Source: Alphaproteobacteria bacterium (GTDB lineage: Bacteria > Pseudomonadota > Alphaproteobacteria > UBA828). Taken from it: 64,000 nucleotides of DNA. Every line of letters begins with the position of its first letter. Within the stretch, counting starts at the first letter, position 1. The stretch is from contig CBDCRW010000003.1 of assembly GCA_965221125.1 (NCBI GenBank), positions 352,001 through 416,000 of the forward strand. Reading direction: 5' to 3'. Shown piece after piece: positions 30,113 through 40,126 of this stretch. Under the pieces are notes generated by a model that did no database searches, had not been told where the DNA came from, and saw only the letters and a list, made by a program, of their open reading frames with translations. A program made the translations under genes and the position numbers.

Positions 30113-31690
30113 ATGGCGATGAAGATTACGCGACGGCAAGCTCTCAAGGCCGGCGCCGCAGGCGTGGTGCTCACCTCGCCTATCGGTATTGCACCCCGGT
30201 TCATCCGGCCCGCGCGGGCAGAGGGCCTCGCGCCCGGCATGACCGGCGGCCCCACCGGCTTCGACGGGGCGGAGCGCTACCAGTACGACGAGACCATGTC
30301 CGAAGGCCGCGCGGTCGAGGGCATGCGCAAGTTGAAGGCGGAAGGCAAGGCGCCGGAAAAGCTCAACATCCTGATGACCGACGGCGCCATCGGCCACTTC
30401 ACCAATCCGTGGCCGCCGGACGGGCCGACGCTGCAGTCGATCTGGGAGGCGGAGACCGGGGTCAAGCTCGAGTTCATCCCCGTCTCGCCGGAGGAGCAGT
30501 TCAACAAGGTGATCCAGGACGTCACCACCGGCTCCGCCGCCTACGACGTCTACACCTTCGGCTACGCCGCCATGGGCGATCTCTCAGAGGCCAACGGCAT
30601 CGCGCCGCTCGGCGAGTGGATCGAGAAGCACGGCGCCGACTTCGCCGATCCTGAGCGCGGCATGCCGACGCCGGAATCCTACGACATGCTCTACAAGTAC
30701 GGCGGCGAGCCGCGCTCCGTCTGCTACGACGGCGACGCGCAGGTCTGGGTCTATCGCAGGGATCTCACCGAGGACCCGGCGAACCAGAAGGAGTTCGGCG
30801 ACAAGTACGGCTGGGAGATCGGGCCGCCCCGCACCTGGGGCGAGTGCGACCAGCTTGCCGAGTTCTTCACCTCGAAGGGCATGCTCGGCAACGGCAACAT
30901 GATGAGCCACTTCTGGGGCATCAGCACCTGGTACAACCGCTACGTCAGCAAGGACAACCCCAACCAGCACCTGTTCGACGACGAGGGCAACCCGCTCATC
31001 GACACCGACGCCGGCATCCAGGCCACCGAGGAGCACGTCAGGAGCCTCGACTGGTCGGACAAGGGCGGCCTCGGCTGGAGCTGGCCCGAGTATTACGGGA
31101 ACATGGCCAACGGCAACTCGTTCATGCTCGGCACCTTCTCCAACTGCCCGAAGTTCCTCGACAATTCGGAGACCGCGATCGGCGGCAAGATGGGCTCGTT
31201 CCTGCCGCCGGGTCATCAGTTCGGCAATGACCTGGTGCGCCGCTCGACCATCTACCTCGGCAACAACGGCGGCGTCTCGACCCAGAGCGAGCATCAGGAG
31301 GCCGCGTATCTCTGGCTGCAGTGGTCGGGGTCCACGCGGATCTTCAGCCTGCTGACCGGCAATCCGGGCGGGTTCTTCGATCCCTTCCAGCTCGCCAACT
31401 TCCAGGATCCGCTGGTGATCCAGTCCTACAAGCCCTACCACGTGCCGATCATCGAAGGCACCGTGGCGCGCGCGGTGCCCACCATCGCCATTCCCGGCCA
31501 GTTCGCGATGCACAACACGCTGAGCGAGAATCTCGTCGCCGCGCTCGCCGGCGAGATTTCGTCCCAGGAAGCGATGGAGAACACCGCCAAGTCGTGGCGC
31601 AAGCACCTTCGCAAGAAGGGCGAGGACAAGATGATCGAACTCATCAACGCCGCGAAGTCCGGCTGGTCCACGGTCATCGATCAGGCCTGA
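30113..31690 (+). CDS. Tat-exported carbohydrate-family ABC substrate-binding protein
   Basis: TRRQALK Tat motif, GGAGG RBS, YRRDL, PPRTW; precedes two CUT1 permeases. Confidence 0.85.
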   Translation: MAMKITRRQALKAGAAGVVLTSPIGIAPRFIRPARAEGLAPGMTGGPTGFDGAERYQYDETMSEGRAVEGMRKLKAEGKAPEKLNILMTDGAIGHFTNPWPPDGPTLQSIWEAETGVKLEFIPVSPEEQFNKVIQDVTTGSAAYDVYTFGYAAMGDLSEANGIAPLGEWIEKHGADFADPERGMPTPESYDMLYKYGGEPRSVCYDGDAQVWVYRRDLTEDPANQKEFGDKYGWEIGPPRTWGECDQLAEFFTSKGMLGNGNMMSHFWGISTWYNRYVSKDNPNQHLFDDEGNPLIDTDAGIQATEEHVRSLDWSDKGGLGWSWPEYYGNMANGNSFMLGTFSNCPKFLDNSETAIGGKMGSFLPPGHQFGNDLVRRSTIYLGNNGGVSTQSEHQEAAYLWLQWSGSTRIFSLLTGNPGGFFDPFQLANFQDPLVIQSYKPYHVPIIEGTVARAVPTIAIPGQFAMHNTLSENLVAALAGEISSQEAMENTAKSWRKHLRKKGEDKMIELINAAKSGWSTVIDQA

Positions 31691-31807
31691 TCCGGAACGC
31701 GCCGATTCGCTCCGTCGTGGGCGGTGCGCAGCGTCTGCGCGCCGCCCGCTCCTCTCCCGGCCGTGCGTGAGCACGGCAAGCGGCCCGGAACCGCGGCCTG
31801 ACTAGCG

Positions 31808-32668
31808 ATGCAACGAGTCTATTACTCCCACCTCTGGCGCTACGCGCTGATCCTCGTCGCCGTGGGCATCGCGCTGCTGCCGGTGGTGTGGATGGCCACC
31901 ATGGCCTTCAAGCCGCACACCGAGTGGGTGTCCACCGCAGGCGACCTGCACTGGCTGCCGCGCGAGCCCACCTTCGCCAACTTCGAGTACATCTTCACGG
32001 GCGAGACGGAAGCCTACTCCATCACCCATGAGCGGACGGCCACCAAGCCGATCATCGCGAGTCTCGTCACCGCGCTGCTCGGCACGGCGATCGCGGTCAT
32101 TGCCGGCACCATGGGCGCCTATGCGGTCTCCCGCTTCATGGTCGGGCGCAACCTGCCCTTGGGCGTGCTCCAGCTCCGGCTCTTCCCGCCGTTAGCCGTG
32201 ATGATCCCGGTGATGATCATGTGGGCCTTCATCGGCGCCATGGATTCCTGGTGGGGGCTCTCGCTCATCTACGGCATCGTCACGCTGCCCTTCGCCTTCT
32301 GGCTGATGAAGACCTTCTTCGATGAAGTGCCCAGGGAAATCGAGGAGGCCGCGCTCGTCGAGGGCTGCAGCTGGTTCCGCGTGTTCTGGAAGATCACGCT
32401 GCCCATGGTGAAGGCGGCGCTCGCCAGCACCACGCTCTTCGTCTTCATCCTCAACTGGAGCGACTACGTCATCGCCCTGCTGCTGACGCGCAAGGAGTGG
32501 GTGACGATCCCGGTCTACATGAACTCGCTGTCGTCGGCGATGACCGGGCAGATGTACGGCGCCAAGGCGGCGCTCGGGCTGATTGCCGTGGTGCCGCCGG
32601 TGGTCTTCGGCATCGCGATCCAGAAATACCTGGTGCGCGGCCTCACCTTCGGGGCGCTGAAGCAATGA
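31808..32668 (+). CDS. Carbohydrate ABC permease (MalG-like)
   Basis: EIEEAALVEGCS EAA loop; multiple transmembrane segments. Confidence 0.92.
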   Translation: MQRVYYSHLWRYALILVAVGIALLPVVWMATMAFKPHTEWVSTAGDLHWLPREPTFANFEYIFTGETEAYSITHERTATKPIIASLVTALLGTAIAVIAGTMGAYAVSRFMVGRNLPLGVLQLRLFPPLAVMIPVMIMWAFIGAMDSWWGLSLIYGIVTLPFAFWLMKTFFDEVPREIEEAALVEGCSWFRVFWKITLPMVKAALASTTLFVFILNWSDYVIALLLTRKEWVTIPVYMNSLSSAMTGQMYGAKAALGLIAVVPPVVFGIAIQKYLVRGLTFGALKQ

Positions 32669-33618
32669 GCGCGGCAAGCGCGAAATCCAGGCGGCCCGTG
32701 CTCACGCCGCTGGAGCGCCAGGGCAAGGTGCTCGGGCTCTACCTGACGCTGCCGGCCCAGCTCCTGCTGCTCTTCATCGTCGCCTTCCCGCTGGTGATGC
32801 AGCTCTACGTGAGCTTCACCTGGTGGGGGCCGCTCGACGGCACGCCCTGGTACATGGCCTACGAGAGCGCCAACCTCTTCGGCAACTACGGCGACCTCTT
32901 CGACGATTCCAAGCTCTGGGGCTCGATCGGGCGGACCTTCCTGATCGTCGCCGTCTGCGTGCCCATCGAGTTCCTGCTGGGCCTCGGGCTCGCGATCCTC
33001 TTCGCCGAGAAGTTCGTGGGCAAGCGGCTGTTCTACTCGATCATGCTGATGCCGATGATGATCGTGCCCGCGGTCGCCGGCTACATGTTCTTCATGCTGT
33101 TCCAGAGCTCTGGCCCGATCAACGACCTGCTCAGCCGGATCAGCGGCACGGAGGTCGAGATCCTGTGGCTGGCCGACGGCACGCTCGCGATGATCTCGGT
33201 GATGATCGCCGACATCTGGCAATGGACGCCGCTGATGTTCCTGATCCTGCTGGCCGGGATGGTGGGCGTGCCCGAGGACCAGATGAAGGCGGCGACGCTG
33301 CTGGGCGCCAACGCCTGGCAGCGCTTCTGGCGCATCGTGCTGCCGCGCATGAAGATGGTGATGATCATCGCGCTGGTCATCCGCACCATCGAGTGCATCA
33401 AGATCTTCGACATCCTCTACGTGATGACCGGCGGCGGGCCGGGGACGGCGACCAAGTCGATCTCGGTCTACATCCTCGACCTTACCTTCAAGGACCTGGA
33501 ATGGGCCTACGTGGCGGCGCTCGGCCTGTTCATCCTGATCTGCCTCAGCGTGTTCGCGGTGATCGGGCTGATCCTGATGCAGCGCGCCCAGCGCCGGAAC
33601 GAGACCATGCCCGCGTGA
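32665..33618 (+). CDS. Carbohydrate ABC permease (MalF-like)
   Basis: ADIWQWTP, KAATLLGA, MTGGGPG. Confidence 0.92.
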   Translation: MSAASAKSRRPVLTPLERQGKVLGLYLTLPAQLLLLFIVAFPLVMQLYVSFTWWGPLDGTPWYMAYESANLFGNYGDLFDDSKLWGSIGRTFLIVAVCVPIEFLLGLGLAILFAEKFVGKRLFYSIMLMPMMIVPAVAGYMFFMLFQSSGPINDLLSRISGTEVEILWLADGTLAMISVMIADIWQWTPLMFLILLAGMVGVPEDQMKAATLLGANAWQRFWRIVLPRMKMVMIIALVIRTIECIKIFDILYVMTGGGPGTATKSISVYILDLTFKDLEWAYVAALGLFILICLSVFAVIGLILMQRAQRRNETMPA

Positions 33619-33640
33619 GCGGGCTTAACCCCCTGCCCTC

Positions 33641-34411
33641 GTGAGACTCGCCGGCAGACACGCGGTCGTCACCGGCGCCGCATCCGGTATCGGCCGCGAG
33701 ACGGCCCTCCGCTTCGCCGAGGAAGGCGCGGCGGTGGTCTGCGCCGACCGCGACGCAGAAGGCGCGGACGCGATCTCCGCCTCGATCGCAGCCAGCGGCG
33801 GCAGCGCGCGGGCGGTGGGCTGCGACATCACCAGCGAGGGCGACGTGGAGCGCCTGGCCGAAGACGCCCTGGCGGCGCTGGGGCGCATCGACGTGCTGGT
33901 GAACAACGCCGGCGTCACCATCCTGGGCGGCGTGGCCGAGCTTTCGGAGGCCGACTGGCAGCGGGAAATCGACATCAACCTGAGCGGCGCATATCGAGTC
34001 TCGAAGGCGTTCTGGCCGCATCTCGTGGAGGCCGGCGGCGGCGCGATCCTGAGTACGGCCTCCATCGCCGGCGTCATCGCGGCGCCACAGGACGCAGCCT
34101 ACGTCGCTTCCAAGGCCGGGCTCATCATGCTGACGCGCTGCATGGCGCTCGACGGCGCCGCCTCGGGCATCCGCGCCAACTGCATCTGCCCCGGCTTCGT
34201 GGACACGCCCATGTTCGACGGCTTCCTCGCCGACCAGCCGGACCCGGAGTCGGCGCTGGCCCGCTGCGCGGGCCGCACGCCGCTGGGCCGCATCGGCACG
34301 CCGCGCGACATCGCTGACGGCTTCGTCTATCTCGCCTCCGACGACGCCAGGTGGATCACCGGCACGGCGCTCGTCATCGACGGCGGACTCACCGCCGGCC
34401 TCACGGAGTGA
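33641..34411 (+). CDS. SDR family oxidoreductase
   Basis: TGAASGIG, VNNAG, YVASK, IDGG. Confidence 0.92.
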   Translation: MRLAGRHAVVTGAASGIGRETALRFAEEGAAVVCADRDAEGADAISASIAASGGSARAVGCDITSEGDVERLAEDALAALGRIDVLVNNAGVTILGGVAELSEADWQREIDINLSGAYRVSKAFWPHLVEAGGGAILSTASIAGVIAAPQDAAYVASKAGLIMLTRCMALDGAASGIRANCICPGFVDTPMFDGFLADQPDPESALARCAGRTPLGRIGTPRDIADGFVYLASDDARWITGTALVIDGGLTAGLTE

Positions 34412-34423
34412 CGGGCGGCCTCC

Positions 34424-35350
34424 GTGAGCCGCGTCGAGCAGAGCGGCTCCCGGCTGGTGCCGCTCGCCATGCTGCTGTTCGGCGCCTGCAGCTACGCCAT
34501 GACCTTCTCGCTCAACCGGATGGCGATTACCGAGGGCATTCCGGTGTTTCCCTTCGTCTTCTGGCAGGGGGCGGGCGCAGGCGCGGTCGCGCTGGTGGCG
34601 GGGCTCGCCCTCGGGCAGCGGCCGAAGCTCGCGCCCGCCTACCTCCGCTTCTATTTCATCTTCGGCTTCATCGGCATCGCGCTGCCCTACACCATGCTGG
34701 CGCTGGCGGCGCCCCGGGTGCCGGCCGGCGCGGTCGCGCTGACGCTCACGCTCTCGCCCATCCTCACCTATGCCTTCGCGACCCTGTTCCGGCTGGACCG
34801 CGTGCGGCTGCTGCGGGTCGCGGGCATCCTGCTCGGCCTCGCAGGCATCCTGGTGGTGCTGGCACCGGGGACCAGCCTGCCCGACGCCGACATGGCGCCC
34901 TGGCTTCTCTTGGCCTTCGGCTCGCCGGTCTGCTACGCCTTCGGCAGCGTCGCGGTGGTGTTCCTGCGCCCGGCCGGCAGCCAGCCGATCCCGCTCACCT
35001 GCGGCATCGCGTTCGCGAGCGCGATCCTGGTGCTGCCGGTGATGGCCATCGCAGACAGCTGGTGGGTCTTCGACGGCACCATGACCGCCGGCGACTGGTC
35101 GCTGATCGGCGGCGGCGCGCTCACGGCCTGCTTCTTCGTCATCGGCCTCGAGGTCATCCGCATGGTCGGGCCGGTCTTCTTCTCGACCAACGGCTACATC
35201 GGCCCGCTGGCCGGCATGGGCTGGGCCGCGCTCTATTTCGGCGAGGTGCCGAGCCCCTGGATCGGTCTCGCCGTCGCGCTGCTCTTCGCCGGCCTCTTCC
35301 TGGTCAACCGCACCTCTCGGCCCGTGATCCGTGCAGGGCCAGGACCGTAG
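34424..35350 (+). CDS. DMT/EamA family transporter
   Basis: About ten hydrophobic segments with two-fold EamA architecture. Confidence 0.85.
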   Translation: MSRVEQSGSRLVPLAMLLFGACSYAMTFSLNRMAITEGIPVFPFVFWQGAGAGAVALVAGLALGQRPKLAPAYLRFYFIFGFIGIALPYTMLALAAPRVPAGAVALTLTLSPILTYAFATLFRLDRVRLLRVAGILLGLAGILVVLAPGTSLPDADMAPWLLLAFGSPVCYAFGSVAVVFLRPAGSQPIPLTCGIAFASAILVLPVMAIADSWWVFDGTMTAGDWSLIGGGALTACFFVIGLEVIRMVGPVFFSTNGYIGPLAGMGWAALYFGEVPSPWIGLAVALLFAGLFLVNRTSRPVIRAGPGP

Positions 35351-36215
35351 CGTACCGGTGCTGCGCGTCCTGACCTTCAATACCGGGCTCACCGAGATCC
35401 GCCTGTTCGGCGCGGCACTCTACGAGGACGTGCCGCATGTCGTGCCGCGCGCCGCCGGCCTCGCCCCTGCGCTGCGGGCGGTCGGCGCGGATATCGTGCT
35501 GCTGCAGGAGCTGGTGCCGCAGCGCGTCAAGAAAGCGCTGGCGGCGGCGCTTCGCGATCTCTACCCCTACCGCGCCGGCATCGCGGAGGACAGCCGCTTC
35601 TACGGCACCGGGCTGCTCACCCTCTCGCGCCACCCGCTGGAGGACGCCGCGTGCACCCCGTTCGCAGCGCAGACGCTGGAGGAAGGCCTCTTCGGCCCGC
35701 GCGGGATGCTGAGCTGCACGGTGCGGACGCCCGCCCTCGGCCGCTGCCGCGTCGTCAACCTTCACGCGACGGCGGGCGGCGCCTACCGGCAACGCCGGCG
35801 CCAGGGGGCGGCCAGCCGGCGGGACGCGCAGATCGCCGAGGCCATTGCTGCTGCCGCCGCGCCGTTCGCGGGGCCGGTCGTGCTCGCGGGCGATTTCAAC
35901 AGCGACCCCGCCACGGATGCGGCGGCCGATGCGCGCCTCAGCGCCGCCGGCTTCGCCGACGCCGCCGCCCTCGCGCCGGACCCGGCCCGCCGCCGAAGCA
36001 CGTGGGACCCGGCCAATCCGCTCAACCGCAGCCGGGCCGGCGCCGCCCCGCGCCGGGTCGACCATATCTTCGTTCGCGCCGGCAGCGGCCAGCCTGTCGA
36101 AGCGCGCGATGTGCGTATCGTCCTCGACGAGGCGGCGGTGCCGGTGCCGGACGGCGGCCCGGTGCCGCTCTCCGACCACTACGGCCTGCTTGCCACGCTC
36201 GCACCCGGCGCGTGA
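35331..36215 (+). CDS. Endonuclease/exonuclease/phosphatase family protein (sphingomyelinase-like)
   Basis: VLTFN, LLQE, GLLTLSRHP, AGDFN, RVDHIF, LSDHYG; start approximate. Confidence 0.85.
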   Translation: MQGQDRSVPVLRVLTFNTGLTEIRLFGAALYEDVPHVVPRAAGLAPALRAVGADIVLLQELVPQRVKKALAAALRDLYPYRAGIAEDSRFYGTGLLTLSRHPLEDAACTPFAAQTLEEGLFGPRGMLSCTVRTPALGRCRVVNLHATAGGAYRQRRRQGAASRRDAQIAEAIAAAAAPFAGPVVLAGDFNSDPATDAAADARLSAAGFADAAALAPDPARRRSTWDPANPLNRSRAGAAPRRVDHIFVRAGSGQPVEARDVRIVLDEAAVPVPDGGPVPLSDHYGLLATLAPGA

Positions 36216-36240
36216 GGGATTTGAAGACGGCGCGAGCCTG

Positions 36241-36390
36241 CTAGAGCGCGTCCGGCCTTGACGGACGCGCGACAGGCCGCGACCGCGGCCCGCCGCGAAT
36301 GCGGCGCGCCCGCGCAGGCGCCGGCCAACGGCCGGCTGCCGTGAGCGACAAAGAGTCAGAGCGTTTCCGTGCAAAACGGAAACGCTCTAG
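36241..36390. repeat. Putative miniature inverted-repeat element (CTAGAGCG...CGCTCTAG) with an internal 13-bp perfect hairpin
   Basis: CTAGAGCG at 36241 and CGCTCTAG ending at 36390; AGAGCGTTTCCGT-GCAAA-ACGGAAACGCTCT at 36358-36388. Confidence 0.55.
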
Positions 36391-36447
36391 TATGCACGCG
36401 GTCGTGAGAGCGCTTCCGCCGACGGCCCCAAGCGACGGAGATGGCCC

Positions 36448-37908
36448 GTGATGGACGATGCAAGCAGCACCACCGCGAGCGCCGGCGACGACAGCGCCGC
36501 GCCCGTCAGTAACCCGAACTCCCTCGGCGCGCGCAACGTGGCCCACGTCGCCCACGGCTACGGCAACCTCGACGCGCTGGAGCGGACGCCGCCGCTGGTC
36601 GTCACCCGCGGCAAGGGCGTCTCCATCATCGACGAGGAGGGCCGCGACTACATCGAAGGCGTGGCCGGCATGTGGTGCGCCAACTTCGGCTTCAGCGAGA
36701 GCGCGCTGGTGGACGCGGCCATCGAGCAGTTCCGCGCGCTGCCCTACTACCACTCGCTGATCGACAAGACGACCGAGCCGATGGGGCGGCTCGCCGAGCG
36801 GCTGAAGGCGTCCACGCACGTGCCGATGGCGCGGGTGTTCTTCGCGAACTCGGGCTCCGAGGCCAACGACACGCTGGTCAAGCTCGCCTGGTACTACCAC
36901 AACGCCATCGGCAAGCCGGAGAAGAAGAAGATCATCTCCCGCTTCATGGGCTTCCACGGCGTGACCTGCGGCGCGGCCAGCGTCACCGGCATCCCGCAGA
37001 TGCACACGGACTTCGACCTGCCGGTGAACGATCTCTTCCTCAAGACCGACTGCCCGCACTACTACCGCTACGGCGAGCCGGGCGAGAGCGAGGAGGACTA
37101 CGCATCGAGGCTCGCGGGCAACCTCGAAGAGCTGATCGTGCGCGAGGGGCCGGAGACCGTCGCGGCCTTCTTCGCCGAGCCCGTGATGGGCGGCGGCGGC
37201 TGCATCGTGCCCCCAAAAACCTACTTCGAGAAGATGCAGGCGGTGCTCGACAAGTACGAGGTGCTGTTCTTCGCCGACGAGGTCATCACCGGATCGGGCC
37301 GGACCGGAAGCTGGCTCGGCTCCGAGACCTTCAACATCCGGCCGGACGGGCTCTCGCTCGCCAAGGGGCTCGCCAGCGCCTACCAGCCGATCTCGGCGGT
37401 GATGATCAACCAGAAGCTCTACGACGCCATGCTGGCCGAGAGCCGCAAGCTGGGTTTCTTCGCCCACGCGTTCACCACCACCGGCCACCCTGTGGCGGTC
37501 GCCGTGGCGCTCCGCTGCCAGGAGCTGATGGAGGAGCGCGACGTGCTCGGCAACGTGCGCCGCGTGGGGGCGCTGCTGCAGGAGCGCATCCGCAGCTTCA
37601 CCGACCACCCGCTGGTGGGCACGACGCGGGGCGTCGGCATGATGGCCGCCATCGAGCTGGTGGCGGACAAGGAGACGCGGCGCTCGTTCGACCCGGCGTG
37701 CGGCGTGAAGACGTATGCGGTGGACCGCGCGCGCGAGCACGGGCTCATCATCAGGAGCGCGCTCGCCGGCGACAGCCTCGCCTTCGCGCCGCCGCTGGTG
37801 ATGACCGAGGCGGAGGTGGACGAGATGATGCGCCGCTTCGCCCTGGCCCTCGACGACACCACCCGCTGGGTGGCCGAGAACGGCCTGCAGACGAAGCAGG
37901 CGGCTTAA
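36448..37908 (+). CDS. Class III PLP aminotransferase (omega-amino acid transaminase type)
   Basis: GMWC, NSGSEAND, FHGVT, AEPVMG, ADEVITG.GRTG, LAKGL. Confidence 0.93.
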   Translation: MMDDASSTTASAGDDSAAPVSNPNSLGARNVAHVAHGYGNLDALERTPPLVVTRGKGVSIIDEEGRDYIEGVAGMWCANFGFSESALVDAAIEQFRALPYYHSLIDKTTEPMGRLAERLKASTHVPMARVFFANSGSEANDTLVKLAWYYHNAIGKPEKKKIISRFMGFHGVTCGAASVTGIPQMHTDFDLPVNDLFLKTDCPHYYRYGEPGESEEDYASRLAGNLEELIVREGPETVAAFFAEPVMGGGGCIVPPKTYFEKMQAVLDKYEVLFFADEVITGSGRTGSWLGSETFNIRPDGLSLAKGLASAYQPISAVMINQKLYDAMLAESRKLGFFAHAFTTTGHPVAVAVALRCQELMEERDVLGNVRRVGALLQERIRSFTDHPLVGTTRGVGMMAAIELVADKETRRSFDPACGVKTYAVDRAREHGLIIRSALAGDSLAFAPPLVMTEAEVDEMMRRFALALDDTTRWVAENGLQTKQAA

Positions 37909-37955
37909 GAACCATCGCCCTTGCCTCGACTCGTAACTGCAGGATCGACCGGCGC

Positions 37956-38333
37956 TCAGAAGGCGATACGGCGGACGCCGGCGACCACGTCAAAATGCCG
38001 GTCGTTGCTCAATACAGGGAGACCGTGCTGACGGGCGAGCGCCGCGATCCAGACATCGTTCGACGGTATGGGAGCCCCCATCCGCTTCAATTCCAGGCGT
38101 ATTTCGGCATAGGCGTGGGCCGTCGCCGATGTGACGGCCGCGATTTCGGTAAGCGACAGATAGCGGGAAAGCCACGCCTCATAGCGGTCTCGAAGACGCG
38201 ACTGACGGATGCCGAAGTAGTACTCGCCGAGTACAACACTCGGCACCACCAGGCGGTCGGCCGCGCGCAGCGGGGCTTCGACCGCGACGTGGCCATCCGC
38301 CCACGCAGACACGGCGTTGGTGTCGAGGATCAT
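37956..38333 (-). CDS. vapC: VapC PIN-domain toxin
   Basis: MILDTNA, VLGE, NDVWIAA, SNDRHF. Confidence 0.92.
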   Translation of the reverse strand: MILDTNAVSAWADGHVAVEAPLRAADRLVVPSVVLGEYYFGIRQSRLRDRYEAWLSRYLSLTEIAAVTSATAHAYAEIRLELKRMGAPIPSNDVWIAALARQHGLPVLSNDRHFDVVAGVRRIAF

Positions 38334-38596
38334 GTTACGTCTTCGGGCGAGAGCCGTTCGAACTCGTCCTCAATTAATTCCAGTACCCTGCGGTTCTCCT
38401 CCCGAATATCGGACAGCGCTCCGAAACCGGCCATCCACGGCGGTTCCTCGTCGGCGGCGCTCCCACCCTCTGCGGAGCGCCGAAGTTTCTCCTCAAGCGC
38501 TTCGGTAAAGAACCGTCTCAACGTCATGCCGCGGGCGGCGGCCAGAGCCTTGCTCTGCCGAAACACGGTGTCGGGAAGTTCCACAGTCGTCTTCAT
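38330..38596 (-). CDS. vapB: VapB-type ribbon-helix-helix antitoxin
   Basis: MKTTVELPD..FRQSKALAA..G; overlaps the vapC start. Confidence 0.85.
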   Translation of the reverse strand: MKTTVELPDTVFRQSKALAAARGMTLRRFFTEALEEKLRRSAEGGSAADEEPPWMAGFGALSDIREENRRVLELIEDEFERLSPEDVT

Positions 38597-38807
38597 GTGG
38601 CCATATTCCCATAAATACGGTAGCGCGTCAAGTCGCGATATCATGCCGCCAATATGACGGCCGCCCCGTTCGTCCACCGTTGGCACGGAATTCTATGCGA
38701 AGCCCTGTCATCCCGACTCCCCGGACCATGGTGCGGTGTTGGGTAGCGTACGACTAGGGTACGCTGGAGCACGATAATTCTTTATATCTCAGCAAATTGC
38801 CGTATTC

Positions 38808-39128
38808 CAGTTGGAGGCGCTTCGGGGTGAGAGGACGCTTCGAGAGATTGGCTCGCAGCATCAGGTTCATCCGAACCAGGTGGGCGCTTGGAAGAGCCAG
38901 GGGGTCGCGGGCTTGGTGGAGTTGCTCTCGAAGGGCGCGGAGTGTCGTGCGCGTGGCCATGAGCGCGAGATTCGGGATCTTCACGCCAAGATCGGGGACT
39001 TGTTTGATCGTAGAGCGGGATTTTCTCTCGCGGGTCCCGTCGCTGAGCGGGGCCAAAAGGCGAGTCCCGGGCAAGCAACGAAATTCGATGACGAGGACAT
39101 GGAAAGCCAGTCGTGGTCTGGGGTTTGA
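38808..39128 (+). pseudogene. IS3-family transposase OrfA remnant
   Basis: EALRGERTLREIGSQHQVHPNQVGAWK...IRDLHAKIG resembles the IS3 OrfA HTH and zipper; no OrfB. Confidence 0.65.
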
Positions 39129-39281
39129 TTCGATCCGGTTACGGTACGATGACAGATGGCTCTCTTGATCCTGCGAATGGAGCGAAGAAGCAAGGAATTT
39201 CGTAGGGTTGCGCGTGCCGCCGCCGCATCGGGTCGCGATTCTGACGAAATAAGGGCATGTCGTGACTTCCGGGACGAGCAT

Positions 39282-39440
39282 CTAGCTGAGACGGGTGAAC
39301 TCGGCGTCGGTTAGGAACCGATTCCGCTTGCGCCTGAGGTTCGACGGGATGGACTGGCAGGTGTCATCGCAGCCATCGGGCACCACCATGTCGCAGCCCC
39401 TAGCGAGCTTGTCCATGTTGCTCCGGGTCAGCAGCCGCCA
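39282..39440 (-). pseudogene. Tyrosine integrase fragment
   Basis: C.SI...RRKRNRFLTDAEFTRL resembles the start of a phage integrase catalytic domain; premature stop; adjacent to the att relic. Confidence 0.55.
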
Positions 39441-39510
39441 AGCCCGTTCCATAGGCCTCCGCTGCGCCTGATTGTGCATTTGACCATGCTTACCCGATGC
39501 TTATCCGAAG

Positions 39511-39539
39511 AAAAAGGCTTAGGCGAAATGCCCTAAGCC
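39511..39539 (-). terminator. Intrinsic terminator-like hairpin downstream of the tRNA relic
   Basis: GGCTTAGG/CCTAAGCC 8-bp stem followed by a T5 run on the minus strand. Confidence 0.55.
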
Positions 39540-39550
39540 CTTGAAAACAA

Positions 39551-39595
39551 TGGTATGCCCGCCCGGACTCGAACCAGGCACCCTCTAATTAGAGG
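39551..39595 (-). other. Degenerate tRNA 3'-half (att-site relic, tRNA-Lys-like)
   Basis: TGGTATGCCCGCCCGGACTCGAACCAGGCACCCTCTAATTAGA reverse-complements to a GGTTCGAGTCC T-loop ending in ACCA; no D-arm or 5' half. Confidence 0.6.
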
Positions 39596-39870
39596 ACTCG
39601 ATATTTTCGTTTTGAATCAAGGTATTTTCCACATTCGAGCCACTTTCCCCCCCTGAGTATCACTGACTTATCGTCGAAATGTAAAACAGTTTTCGTGGCT
39701 GATAGAGGGGCAAGAGGGGTCAGAACGACATCCGGCAGACAAGCTCATCGGTGGCGCGTTCGCGATTGTGGTTCGGCGCGCAAGTTGGGCGTCGATCGGC
39801 GTGGTAAGGCTTTGAACTCCGTTAATTCCGAGGGGTCAAACGAAGACGCCGAACATCTATGGACGCCCCC

Positions 39871-40126
39871 GTTGATGCAAGCAGTTCTTTGAACGCCTTG
39901 GAGCATGCGGTCAGGTGCTTACATCTATCCGGCCTGTTGATGCGGCGCGTAACTCTGGCGCCGCTGGCCCGCATGGAGATACGCGGATCGGGTCCATATC
40001 AACAGTGCGAGCTCGAAGGCTCTTTGTTCGGAAGCTGGTTTGCCCGATCCCGTCTCGTTGACCGTTTTGCCCTTGCCCGTCCTCCGTCCTGCCCGCATCC
40101 CCGACGACGTTCCGCGCTTCGCCTTC
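39871..40126 (-). ncRNA. Candidate seekRNA/bridge-RNA region of the IS1111 element
   Basis: ~255-nt non-coding stretch between the transposase stop and the IR, where IS1111-group guide RNAs are encoded; structure not verified. Confidence 0.5.

Noticed and set aside
39551-39625. Functional tRNA gene
   Set aside because: Only a T-arm and acceptor 3' half with mismatches; no D-arm or 5' strand.
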